Assembly (NCBI RefSeq): GCF_001194135.2
Contig: NC_068995.1
Span: 55,079,782-55,112,781 of the forward strand
Reading direction: 5' to 3'
DNA from: Octopus bimaculoides
Lineage: Eukaryota
DNA length: 33,000 nt
In this document: one piece after another, positions 1 to 11,482 of the stretch
Numbering within the stretch: the first letter of the stretch is position 1
How the letters are laid out: every line of letters begins with the position of its first letter
Notes under the pieces: model-generated
Seen by the model: only the letters and a program-made list of their open reading frames with translations
Database searches by the model: none
What the model was told of the DNA's origin: nothing
Position numbers and translations under genes: made by a program

Positions 1-2092
1 ATAGCCAAAATGTCGGACAGACTAAAATATAGCAAAATATTGGTTGGAAATGTTGTTAAAGTTAACTGTCCATGCAAGTAATACGATAATTTCTGCAGAC
101 CACAATATTTAGAATGGCATATTGATTTATTTTTCACATACTTGATTTGAGTTATATTTCTGTTGTCCATGTGACAAATAACATCGTCTAGATTTGGAAT
201 TACTTTCAAGTCAGTAGGAAATTTATCCTCCCGCGGGACACCTTTAGCATTTTTATAAAGAAATTATAGTCTTTCCATATTTGTAGTGAGCTGCATTTAA
301 ATGAGAGAGACCATATCTCGTAAATACCTTCATTGTATTAAGTCAACGATATATAACATGTTTGAACAGCCGTATAATCATCCTTGAGAGGTAAAGCGTA
401 GTAAAATTTATTGTACATAAGGTTAGAGAATATAACAGAGTTATCATTGCAAATTCTTTCTCATTAATAAATCTTACAGAATTGTTTATCCTATCCAATC
501 ATAAATCGTTATAAAAATTAAGGTGTATGGATTGAATACATCGCTCCACTGTAAACTTGCAGATATAGAATAACGTTCTGCGTATTCGAGATACCATGAA
601 CCAATGATAGCATACATTCAAATAAAAATAATAATAATAATGTATAATTAATGTAACAAATACACGCAATACGCCACCTTCAAATGTCGAATAATGCGCA
701 ATATACTTTATATACCTACATACATGAATATATGTGTGTGTGTCGATAGCCACCTGGAAAAGATGTTTTCCTAGGGCTACAAGAATGGTAACATCGTCTT
801 TTATAGGACGTAAACGCATGGAAATTATTATTGTCAAGATGAGCTGCGCAGCTTTCGACATATATAATTTAGTAAGAAGCTTTCGAAACACCTCGAAACC
901 TAACTATTCCAACAGCTCGTTTGTTTCACATATGTTTAAATAATATCACTTTCTATAATCTATAGAGATGCAACGTACTAAACAATATCCAAGCATTATA
1001 AGATTTGTCAAAGAAATCTTTGGTGATAGTAAGTTATTGCCAGGTGTATCATCATAATTTCTTTTTGCAGAATCTTTTTTAAATGGTCAGTTATGAATTT
1101 CTCACACGACCTGGTATGAAAAAGACCTTGCCAAGTACATGTGGCATACGCAGTGAGGAGACTCTTTCTGAATAATCATGCCTAACTTCATTTCATTTAA
1201 ATGATGTAACAAAAACTATGGTATTTCGCACTGTGCTGCTCATCACTCACTGAATACGTATATTTGATTCTGGTTAGTCATGTACGAGCATCTATTCAGA
1301 GTAGGGGAATAGCTGATATTCACAGTATGTCTAATAAGTTATCTTTGTGATAACAGTGTAACGAGAACAGGGAAAATCACACGGAGATGATAATTTTCTC
1401 CAAATGAAAATATCGACCCAAACAAATACAGTATTTCAAAACGAATAGAATTGTCAATATATTGGTAACATGACTTAATCGACTTAATCAATAGGATATT
1501 CTTAATGAAATAACACTTAGCGGAGGTGATTGTGAAATGTCAAGGTTGCTAGCTTTATATAAATTTAAACTTGTGTCAGAATGCACTGAATGCGATCATA
1601 AAGGTTGGTATTTAACAGAATAAGAAACAGAAGTTTTAAAGAAATATCCTAAAAATAATGATAAAGTCTGTATAACATTTTAAGGACGCAGAGTCTAACC
1701 TGTGGGGTTAGTCAAATGAGACATAGGAACAATAGGAAAACAGTGAAACTCAATTAAATGCTCAATTATGATTTTATCATATTTTATGTTTGATTCTCTT
1801 ATTATAAAAAGAGATGTTGCTGCAAAATGTATCGATGCCACAGCAAAAGTTATGGTTATGTCATGAACTTTATCAGCTTACTACTGTTTCTGGGGTTGAG
1901 GTACTCAACTGTGATTTCACTGCATTTTACAACAGAAACAATTGTAAGGTAATGAAATTTATAAGATATCCATCGTTTTTCTTGTGTCAGCTCTTTTTCA
2001 TATTACCCCTCTACACTCGTTTAACACTTTGTTCTGAAACGTATATTGTGTTCTACACCAGTTTATTAGTATCACAATGCGTAAGTGAAATC

Positions 2093-2094
<2 letters not shown>

Positions 2095-2149
<55 letters not shown>
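2095..2149. repeat. (CA)n microsatellite
   Basis: Direct reading. Confidence 0.99.
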
Positions 2150-2151
<2 letters not shown>

Positions 2152-4194
2152 CATGTATGTCTTGTTGAGAATATACTTGTGTATTATGGCAACAGTATAC
2201 AGCATTTCACAAGTAAATTTTCAGAGATATTCACTTATAATGAAAAAAATATGCATGTAATCTGTTTCACACCGTATAGAAAAAGTAAATATATCGAAAG
2301 GTAACTCAATATGAAAGCAATGAATTTTACATAAACGTAATATAGAAATCTAAAATTCAAGTGAAATTTAATTTCTACTTTTATATTGAACAAAAAGAGA
2401 AACACATACAAACATTCACACAAAACAACTTTCCAATTTGTAATTTGTTTTTATCCTAAAATATATTTTAGCAACGTAATATATTTAATATTTTTCTAGC
2501 AACAATTGTATAAAGCCTATTTTTGCATGTATCTCCTGTATGTAACACGTTCTTATATTAACATAGAAAAATATTTCTTCCCTGATCGAAAGATATCTTC
2601 AGACTTTATTTCTATAAAGCCTCACATGAATTATATTATCGCGTACACGTTGAAATATAAATTGTAATGAAAACATAGAAATGAGTATATTGAAAAAGCA
2701 TTATCTCATAAGAAATTGAAAAGGGCTAAATGTAGGATCAATAAAGGATATTATGATTCGAGCAAACACCGATAATAGCGTTCTTTAATTCGTCAAGCGT
2801 CCTCAATACATGCCTTTTTATGTTTATGTTATATGAAGAGTGGAATATCTAACGATTCAGAGAGGGTATTTCTTCGGAATAATGTTGAAAGGAAAAAAAA
2901 ACATAAGAGTTTTATATCCCTTACAACTGCAAAGCTGTCTAATGAGAAACTCAGACTAAATCAGCTGAAGACGTAGTCAGGCAGGAGTTGCGGAGCGAAA
3001 CATGGTAATAAATATAACTATAACTTCAAGGGTAGAAATATTGACTGAAAATTGTGCAGGTTATTCCTAAACTGGTTTATATAAGCGAATCTGCCTAAAC
3101 TGTAAAAAGGTGCAGCAAAACGTTAAGCTACTGAAAGTACTTCATGAGCAACAGAAATGTTGATATTTTCGTCCATTCAGCAATTACATTTATAATCCTT
3201 TCGATGATATTACGAATAAAGAATTCTGTACGTGACTAAGTATTATTAGATATATAACCAATACTTTAACTGTTATGGAGAAACTATTATAGACTAACTC
3301 TTTCTTGATTTGTAATTATTTAATTGAGTCCGTGAAGTTGTAAAAGAAAAAGAAAATTGCTGAATAGAAATTGAAATTTGAAGAAAAAAAATGCATGTGA
3401 AGAGAGATAAATAAATGTACTACAAATACTGGAAGGAAACAGCTTCTTCCACAGTTAATCTAATAAACAACATAACATGATTTGTTCATGTAATTTTACA
3501 CGTAGTGTTCAAACAAAAACCATTAGATATATTTTGAATATATTCGGTAATATTGACTCTACATAGCGTTTAAATGTATCTGTTGCAGTTACAGAGGAAT
3601 AGCTTTAAGCAAATATTTCAGTATATTCGTGATAAAGATATTGAATTATGTACAAACAGCAGATACATATTAACTTGTTTAATTGCTGATCATTCACAAT
3701 GATATACATAAACTTGGTATGTTTCCAAGCAATTGTAGTATAACATATATAAATATATATGATGTAATAGGGAATATAGTATTTATTTGGTAGCGTTCCC
3801 ATTTTACGATTGAAATATGGAATCTTTGGGATTAAACATGACAGGTGCATTGTCGCATGATAACAGTTCAAACAAGTGTAATTAATTAATTTTCATAATT
3901 ATTCAAGCCATATCATTACCCATGGGAGATACGAGGCAGCATATGTAATTATTATTTTCAAGTACATATACAAAGCGTAGATAACGCACACGCCCCAATA
4001 CAAATGCAACAATGTCATAAACACTTATGTCTGCGTATATTTGCATTTATTCCTCCACAAATATTGAAACATTTTGACTCACAAAAAATTATGGAAAAAG
4101 TGTTTTGTTTGGAGTTACTTATGATGAAGATGAACGTGATAACCACGTGGGTGTTACGATGATGATGATATGTTTGCTTCGATGAGGATATGTA

Positions 4195-4830
4195 TTAGGT
4201 TGTCAAGAAAGTTCTCGCACATATCTCGGCTCAAACAAAACTTTATTAATCGAAATAAACACCATCAGAATCAACACACTTTTGCTAACGCGAAACAAGT
4301 TTATTTATGCCACTAGCGTAAAAATCCTACGTTTGGTGGCGATGAAATCGTTAAAGGCGTGTTTAGCATCGTCTTAGTTTTTGAAGCATTTCTAACGCAA
4401 AATGTTGTCGAGATGCTTCAAAAAGTGGTAGTCGGTAGGCGAGAGGTCTGGTGAGTATGGCAAATGAGGTAGAATTTCGTAGCCCAATTTGTTCAACTTC
4501 TGCAGTCTCAATTGTGCAACGTGCGGCCGAGCGTTGCCGTGGAGAAGAATTAGTCCTTTTCAATTGACGAATGCTGGCTTTTGTTGTCGGAGTTTCTTAT
4601 GCATTTCATCCATTTGCTAACAGTACTTCTCCGCTGTAATGGTTTCACCTCGATCCAAAAAGCTGTGATGGATGAGACCGGCCACAGACCACCAAACAGT
4701 CACCATGACCTTTTGGTGCAACTTTGGTTTCGGGAAGTGCCGTGGAGCTTCGTCGGCCTCCAACCACTGAGCTGAGTGTGGCCTGTTATCGTAAAGAATC
4801 CATTTTTCATCGCAAGTCACAGAGCTAAAA
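4195..4830 (-). mobile_element. Dead mariner (DD34D) transposon, 3' half with terminal inverted repeat
   Basis: Decayed transposase motifs TCDEKW (4800-4817), LHGNARPH (second catalytic D changed to G), YSPDLSPTDYHF and DFYASGINKLVSR*QKCVDSDGVYFD* (stop 4246-4248). TA followed by TTAGGTTG-type TIR at 4193-4220. Confidence 0.93.
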
Positions 4831-4979
4831 AATCTGTTTTATGGATTTTCGATCCGGCTTTCGCTGCCTTGCTGCGTTTGCCTACAATGAGGAGTTTTTG
4901 ATGCAACACCGATACTGATGAAATTCCTTCACTCGATATAACTTTTTATGGCACCTAGTATATCTATTGATTCATTTGG

Positions 4980-5700
4980 TTCATGGTCCTGAATGAGCTG
5001 GGACTCTGTTGTGCCTTTTTAAGTCGTGGAAATGCAGGGCTGCTTCGTCTTGAGGTCGTATCTGTAGACACGACTCTCGTCACCGTTGATCATCCTCGAC
5101 TTAAAGAAGAGATCATCAGCTGCAGGCTGACGGAAATCTAGACAGGCTTCGACTGGATATTTATTCTGTCTAGTTGCCAAAAATGGAGGACGATCTTTTC
5201 AGAGAGACGCCACATAATCAATTCAAATTATCTATACGAACTTATACGACAGACCAACGACATCAGAAATGTCCATTGATGTCCACCAACGATCATCATG
5301 CACACGCTGATGAATTTTCTCCACATTTCCAAGCATGATGTTCGTGGTAGGTTTTCCAGATCGCTCATTGTCATCTAGGGGAGTTCTTCCACATTTCAAG
5401 GGACTGTGCTGCTCGAAACATTGCGTACGAGCCATTGCCGCATTGTTGTAAGCTTACCGAAACACGCTAAATGTATGTGTAGACTTCCCAAGTGTAAAGC
5501 AAAAGTTCACGTAAGATCTTTGGTCCACCTTCTTGTCGGTGACCATATCGCAAACTACAAAATATGTGCGATCACAATATACACAAATTTCACAACTTGC
5601 TAATTAAACACAGCAATGCCACTTGGTACATTGCTGCATAAATGTCACCGCTAGGTCTCACTGTGCATGCAACTGTGTGCTGCCATCTGTTGGCGCACTA
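4980..5700 (-). mobile_element. Dead mariner transposon of a second lineage, 5' half
   Basis: ATG at 5546: MVTDKKVDQRSYVNFCFTLGKS...AMARTQCFE...DDNERSGKP...; frameshifted INGDESRVYRYD (5073-5084) and PRLKKAQQS. Left end not resolved. Confidence 0.85.
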
Positions 5701-5980
5701 CAGAACAACTCCGGAAAACTTCCGGAAATAAAAGAAAACTGCAAACTCCTAACACGAAATGAATTGTGCAATACATTTACATTTTGTCTGCTTAATCTTG
5801 AATCTTGTGGTGTGGAAAAGACAACGGAAAGCTTTAAATGTTCATTGCAGCACTACAAACGTTTTCTTTTTTATTTAAGATAAAAGGAGTGAATTAAATT
5901 TGGAGATTGGACCACTGAATTACAGGAAATGATATCTCTCTACGTTCTTAAATTATTTTGTCTACCTCTGCAATATTTTA

Positions 5981-6223
5981 TTGCGTTGGTACGTAATTAT
6001 TGCGGCTTTTTTTTAACAAATTTTATGCAACAAAAACATGTAACAAAAACATCTTTAAATGATTATTACATAGCATATTCACCATCTACTTCCATTACTA
6101 CTTCCCTGTTGCTTGGTAGACGGTCAGACCGTAATTTACGGAAGTTTTTGTTAAATAATGTTATTGTCTTTGTTGAATAAAATTTGTTGAACGAAAAGCC
6201 GCAATAATTATGCACCAACCCAA
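5981..6223. mobile_element. Mariner-derived MITE, 243 bp
   Basis: About 55-bp imperfect TIRs (TTGGGTTGGTGCATAATTATTGCGGCTTTT type) flanked by TA at 5979-5980 and 6224-6225. No coding capacity. Confidence 0.85.
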
Positions 6224-6496
6224 TACTATTGATGTTCATAAGGAAATGTGATTCAATAAACAGAGACATAATCAATTGAATCATCTTTATTTAGACATTT
6301 GTTTCATTTGTGATAGAGAGGACGTTTCAGGCAACATTATCAGAGGGCGTAAAGTAATATTGTTAGCATCAAATGGGTCCTATTGAGTATGTAACGTGAT
6401 AAGATTAATTATTGTGCTATTAATTTAGAGAAATATATTAAATATTAAAACAATGAAGAACAGAAAGAAAAAGAAGCATTAGTTATAGAACAAACA

Positions 6497-6574
6497 TTAA
6501 ATTTGGGTCAACGACTTTACACACAACACCACTGAGGGGTGGTGCTGTGCGTAAAGTCGTTGACCCAAATTTAA
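6497..6574. repeat. 36-bp inverted repeat with a 6-nt loop (near-perfect hairpin)
   Basis: 6497-6532 matches the reverse complement of 6539-6574 at 34 of 36 positions. TTAA at both outer ends. Confidence 0.9.
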
Positions 6575-7911
6575 ATATAGATATATCTGTGTGCAATTGT
6601 GTGTATGTGTGTGCGTCCATGTGTGTGTGTGCGTCTTTCAACGTCTTGCTAGCCTGGACGAGGCTCACGTTGTTACGAAATACAATAATATGTATTTTAG
6701 TACACGATTTCAAATCAGGAATGTGGTAAGCAAATGCATAAAAGGAAATATGTATTTTTGAATTACATTCAGTGTGTTTTCTGAGAAAACACACTGGGAA
6801 AACACACTGGGTAAACACACTGGGAAATCACGTTTGTTTTTGAGAAACTTTATCACTTTTAAATCGAAAAGAAAACCTGAAGCGTTTTGCTAAATGTTTT
6901 TGATCAGGAAGAAGCAACATACGCTGTTGTCAGATATTTGTCAGATATTTGTGAGATATACGCGATCATTATTTACTTTTAGAGCTTCATTTATATTTGT
7001 CTTATAGACATTAGCTTTTAAACATGTTATCCATCTACAAATACACAGNNNNNNNNNNNNNNNNNNNNNNNNNNNNNNNNNNNNNNNNNNNNNNNNNNNN
7101 NNNNNNNNNNNNNNNNNNNNNNNNNNNNNNNNNNNNNNNNNNNNNNNNNNNNNNNNNNNNNNNNNNNNNNNNNNNNNNNNNNNNNNNNNNNNNNNNNNNN
7201 NNNNNNNNNNNNNNNNNNNNNNNNNNNNNNNNNNNNNNNNNNNNNNNNNNNNNNNNNNNNNATTTATTGTTTTTAAATTACACTTCCTTTTCCTTTCTTT
7301 TTTAATAAACTAGAGGTTGTAATGATGTTCTCCAATTTCCATTTTTCTTTTAATCTTGTGGGCTTCTTTCTTTGTTTAGTTTGATATGTTGACGAAATGC
7401 AAGGCCTATTTAATTTTCGCACTTAGCCTTCCTTCGAAAGATGACTTTCTTAGAAATCACTTTATATTTTTCATTACAATGAGAAACACTTGTGAATTCT
7501 CAAATATTCTTATTGAGCAAAGAGAAATCTGTGAAGTTTCTAATTCAATATGCAATGATTTTCAATATTTCTCTCTTTCTATAATTCTTCTGGATGGTGT
7601 GCATGTTCTTTAATTTCAGAATATCAAACATCAAATTTACGTGATAATTCCAAGTTTTTTTGTTTTTTTTTTCGGAAACAAAAACAGAGAGGGAATAGAA
7701 AAAGAGAAAAGTATAAAGTATTACAAAAAGTGCTGTATCTCAACGATTTTAATGTAACTTTCTGACTGAACTGTGTAGTCAAACTCTTCAATAATAGAAG
7801 GAAATTTTAAATCACATTGAGATCGGAAACATGTATTCAACCTGGATATTCTAAGACTTTGTTTCATATTTTAGACATTCATAATTGTATTATTTTAATA
7901 AAATATACGTA

Positions 7912-7982
7912 CTAGTTAAGTAACAGAGTGCAGATGGCAATTGCCATGAATGCCAGCATCGGAGACTTTTTTGGTATCGCAC
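7912..7982 (-). CDS. Terminal coding exon of uncharacterised spliced gene; encodes GPI-signal-like tail (G)AIPKKSPMLAFMAIAICTLLLN*
   Basis: Acceptor gtattttcag at 7983-7992 (minus). Phase-1 entry matches the phase-1 end of exon 8933-8994. TAG stop at 7912-7914. Hydrophobic C-terminus. Confidence 0.75.
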
Positions 7983-8932
7983 CTGAAAATACAGCGGAAC
8001 AGTAACATTTTAAGTAAATAATTATAGAAATGCATTATATTTCAAACTGAAAATGAGTATTGTTTACTTATCTATAACATAATATTTCATATAAAATTGT
8101 TGAAGGGTAAGTAATTGAAAATGGAATTATCTTCATTGAAATAATAATATTTATACAATTCAATGACAACTCCTGCGTTTAATGCTGTGACCAAGCACAA
8201 TGGTTGGATTTGTGTTTATATCCTGTGTAATACAACGTATAGTAACGAGGCATTTAACAATGTGTATTTCAATTTATTGTACGTATATTATGAAGAAAGA
8301 TTTCATTTCATAACTCTCTATGTCGATAATATTGGATAACACAATGTACACATATTATAACATAATTTATTTGAACAAATTTATTGATTGTTACATTTAT
8401 CATTGTTTGCACAGGTCGAGGAATTTGTTAAACAAGTTCGTATTTAAAGTGTTAACAAAATGTCAAGAGGTATTTTGTGAGAGTTCCAGCCAAAATTTAA
8501 AATCACGAAAACCTTGCACTTTTGGAATATGACATAGAGCCATATGACAGAATAGATAAGTAAATAAGAATGTATATTCTGTCGCCTTTTACAAGTTTAA
8601 TATATAAAGATTTTAATTTAGGAATCAAAAATATGTTTCCGTTGTGCCTGCAGTCGAAGTAATTACGAATTTGCTTAGCAAAAACATGATTTTACCGGGG
8701 TACCAAATAACAATTAAATGTACGCTTATAAAATAAAATTGAACAACATAATATAGTTCGCCTCCATTTTATGAATTGGGTTATTTTCTATCCACATGAA
8801 AAAAAATGCAAAAATGAAAATGTAATCAAAATTGCCGTGCCTCACAAATACATGATTTTTTGCGATATCACTTATAAAAATTACCAACTTATATACGCTC
8901 GGAAAAAATGGTTTCACACAAATGCAACTAAC

Positions 8933-8994
8933 CATCATTGGGTTTTTTTTCAAGATCATCCTCGTCGAAACTCTGAGATTTTATGTTACAGAAC
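8933..8994 (-). CDS. Internal exon, 62 nt, phase 2 to 1: (K)FCNIKSQSFDEDDLEKKPND
   Basis: Strong acceptor tttttctttttcag and donor GATG|gttagt. Open frame joins both neighbouring exons in phase. Confidence 0.8.
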
Positions 8995-9171
8995 CTGAAA
9001 AAGAAAAATCATGAACATATATATATATATGTGTGTCTGTGTGTGTGTGTGTCTGTCTCTGGTTATTCCAAATAAAAACACAGAGATTTAAACTGTTCTT
9101 TCATAATTGTTTACGTTTGTTTCTTTACCAACACCAGTTCACGCAAAAGTTCTACGTGGGAATGTATATAA

Positions 9172-9411
9172 TATTTGAACAAGACATTTTATTTCACGTT
9201 GTTCCATTTCATTCAGCTGTAGAAATGAGTTGCGGCGTCACTGGGGCCAAGCTTCATCGGCCTTTGTGTTTCCCTTGGATCTCATCGGTGGCGTGGAGAG
9301 GGGGTGCTGATACGTATGGGCGACTGCTGGTCTTCCATAAACAACCTTGCCCGGACTTGTGCCTCGGAGGGTAACTTTCTATGAGCAATACCATGGTCAT
9401 TCGTGGTCTCC

Positions 9412-9412
<1 letters not shown>
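9172..9412 (+). mobile_element. 5'-truncated cephalopod SINE-like interspersed repeat
   Basis: GC-rich block in AT-rich intron (caagacattttatttcacgttg...ctgctggtcttccataaacaaccttgcccggacttgtgcctcggagggtaactttcta) ending at a (TA)n tract. Matches a high-copy octopus repeat from memory, not searched. Confidence 0.6.

Positions 9413-9420
<8 letters not shown>

Positions 9421-9471
<51 letters not shown>
9421..9471. repeat. (TA)n microsatellite
   Basis: Direct reading. Confidence 0.99.
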
Positions 9472-9474
<3 letters not shown>

Positions 9475-9774
9475 TGAGGGTACAGGACATCACCAACATT
9501 AAGTATACAGTAGGTAATACGAAAACCAATGTACAAAATACGCAAATAACGAGACAGAAAAAGGGACATCGATATGTGTGTGTGTTTGTGTGCGTGTGCG
9601 TGTGTGCACATACATCAGTTCCTCCATAGAATTTGATGAACATGGAAGCATCTCTTTAGCAAATACTATAAATATGTAAATCCATTTACATATTAGTGTA
9701 TTAATGTTACACTAATAAGGAACAATTATTTTGCATTTTGATAATTCAAATATGAAATAAATAGTTAAACTCAC

Positions 9775-9867
9775 TTGTGCTCGTCAGCGGTCATTTTCTT
9801 ATCTTTGTCCAAACATTTCAGCACATGTTGCTGGAAATCTTCAATCACAATCTTGAAAGATCTCAAA
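9775..9867 (-). CDS. Internal exon, 93 nt, phase 2-2: LRSFKIVIEDFQQHVLKCLDKDKKMTADEH
   Basis: Long pyrimidine tract ttcttgtttcttatgcaag and donor CAA|gtgagt. Open, helical-looking frame. Confidence 0.8.
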
Positions 9868-10140
9868 CTTGCATAAGAAACAAGAACCGAAGGAAACAAT
9901 ATTTCATATAATCACGAGAGAAAAAATGTTAGGATTTATGTTTCAAAACTTTAGATAAACATTTTATAAGCACAAAAATAAGGCACAGATGGGGCAACAA
10001 CATTTATTGTAATGTAACGTTTTAAAAATATTTAATGCGGTTTCATTCTTTTCGATATATTCTATGTTTTATTTCATTTTTCTTTTCGCACAGATTTTAA
10101 AGTATAATTTCTGTGTCTATTGAACATAATATAACCTTAC

Positions 10141-10185
10141 TTCTGAATTTGAAGATTACTTTTCACTTCTGCTCTCTGGAAGGTT
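10141..10185 (-). CDS. Internal exon with a firm donor and uncertain acceptor: ...TFQRAEVKSNLQIQ(N)
   Basis: Donor GAA|gtaagg at 10140. The frame set by the next exon is open back to 10203. Candidate acceptors give 5' ends at 10168, 10175, 10185 or 10212 (see findings). Confidence 0.55.
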
Positions 10186-10228
10186 CTGCCGAGCCGCTCA
10201 ACGTTTTATAATCTGCATGCTAATGTAA

Positions 10229-10338
10229 GGCTGTGATCTTGCAGAAATGTAACCATGTCGGGCGAAATGCTTAGCAGTATTTCGTCTGTCTTTACGTTCT
10301 GAGTTCAAATTCCTCCGAGGTCGAACTTACCTTTTATA
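10229..10338 (+). mobile_element. tRNA-derived SINE, 5' fragment
   Basis: Aligns by eye to the in-window copy at 29589. B-box GAGTTCAAATTCC. Confidence 0.8.
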
Positions 10339-10410
10339 ATTTGCAGTGTCCAATGTGAATTTGCGTGTTCACAGAAATGCAATTATTATATAATCACTTT
10401 ATTTACATAC

Positions 10411-10422
10411 GATAGATCAAAT
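10411..10422 (-). CDS. Candidate 12-nt micro-exon, phase 2-2 (FDL)
   Basis: Acceptor gaatttcaacag and donor ATC|gtatgt. Symmetric phase like the other exons, but this short it may be chance. Confidence 0.3.
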
Positions 10423-11466
10423 CTGTTGAAATTCACACATGAGTACAGAATATTAAATGATATAGAAGTGTTTAGCGAAAATACTTTGTCAACAAGGAAG
10501 CGACACGTTATGAGAGTGTCAGTTACGTAACGACAGCTCTGTTTTTGAAGCATCAAAATTTAGTAGACACTGGGAAGTCGTTATACGGAAATACATAGTT
10601 ATGAATACTGGCAATCTATATATGGAGGGAACGAGAATGTAGGCAAAGGTACTACATGTTAAAATACCGGATAAGCAAAGTTCAATGTGATAGTTGACAT
10701 GGTTTGAATTTGGAGAGCAATCTGTTCCTTGATTGTCATGCTCAGTTTATGGATTTGATTAATTCGAAGAAACATTTGCATCAGTAGAATTCATTAGATG
10801 TAATGTTTATAGACATATGGTTTAAGAGTAAATTTGATTATCAAAAGACAAGACAAATTTGAACGTGTTTTGTTTTTCTGTATATAGCAAGAAGAGGAAA
10901 TGAGGAACACTTTAAAGTATAAAGATTCCAAACGCTGAATTATCGTTACTATTTGTAGCTTATTTAGTATTGTTCAACTGTAATAGATACTACGGGATGT
11001 GACGGATATTTATTAGTTATATTAAGATATAGATGTATACTTACAAACGCTGGTCTCTTACGAGTACAACAGTAACCTTATCGTTTGTGATCTTCATACT
11101 AAAATGGAAAGTTTGGAAATAATACTGCTATTCATTTTTATAGGTACAAAATACAATTAACATCATTATATAATTTTTATTTACTGCGCCTTAGAAGGCA
11201 GTGTATACGTGATCTCTTATTAAAGTTAAAATTATAATAGTAGATTTAATTGAAAATTTCTATATATAATAGCATATGTGAGTGTGTATGTGTATGAGAA
11301 GGAGACAGCGGAAAGACACACAGATAGGTATACAGACGCCCGCACACACAGTCAATTTTGCTGCATCTGTATAATAATCATATGGAACAGAAAATGTGTA
11401 GTACAGAAAAGTTTCGCTAAAAACAGCTCTCCCAAAATAAACAAGAATGTTTGCTTTTTATCTTAC

Positions 11467-11482
11467 CGCGTTTAAATATAAA
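11467..11482 (-). CDS. Candidate 16-nt micro-exon, phase 2 to 0 (LYLNA)
   Basis: Acceptor atttccccattag and donor GCG|gtaaga. Gives ...NKWKDLYLNA after exon 13847-13873 but needs a phase-0 acceptor downstream. Confidence 0.4.

Noticed and set aside
499-891. Intact GPCR gene
   Set aside because: TM spacing is wrong, stops flank it and later helices are absent. Kept only as an unassigned decayed frame.
1071-2080. Plus-strand exon-like segments (1071-1113, 1991-2080)
   Set aside because: Splice-like sites are present but no coherent multi-exon frame could be built.
2965-3007. CTGAAGA...GAAA hammerhead-like motif (similar weak one near 25769-25815)
   Set aside because: No convincing helix II or helix I.
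7290-7650. Possible L1/Tx1-type LINE 3' end on the minus strand
   Set aside because: Only a vague compositional resemblance and no diagnostic motif.
11062-11098. 37-nt exon candidate (MKITNDKVTVVL) with good splice sites
   Set aside because: Phase 2 to 0 and incompatible with the 16-nt candidate. Could be a mutually exclusive exon but cannot be placed.
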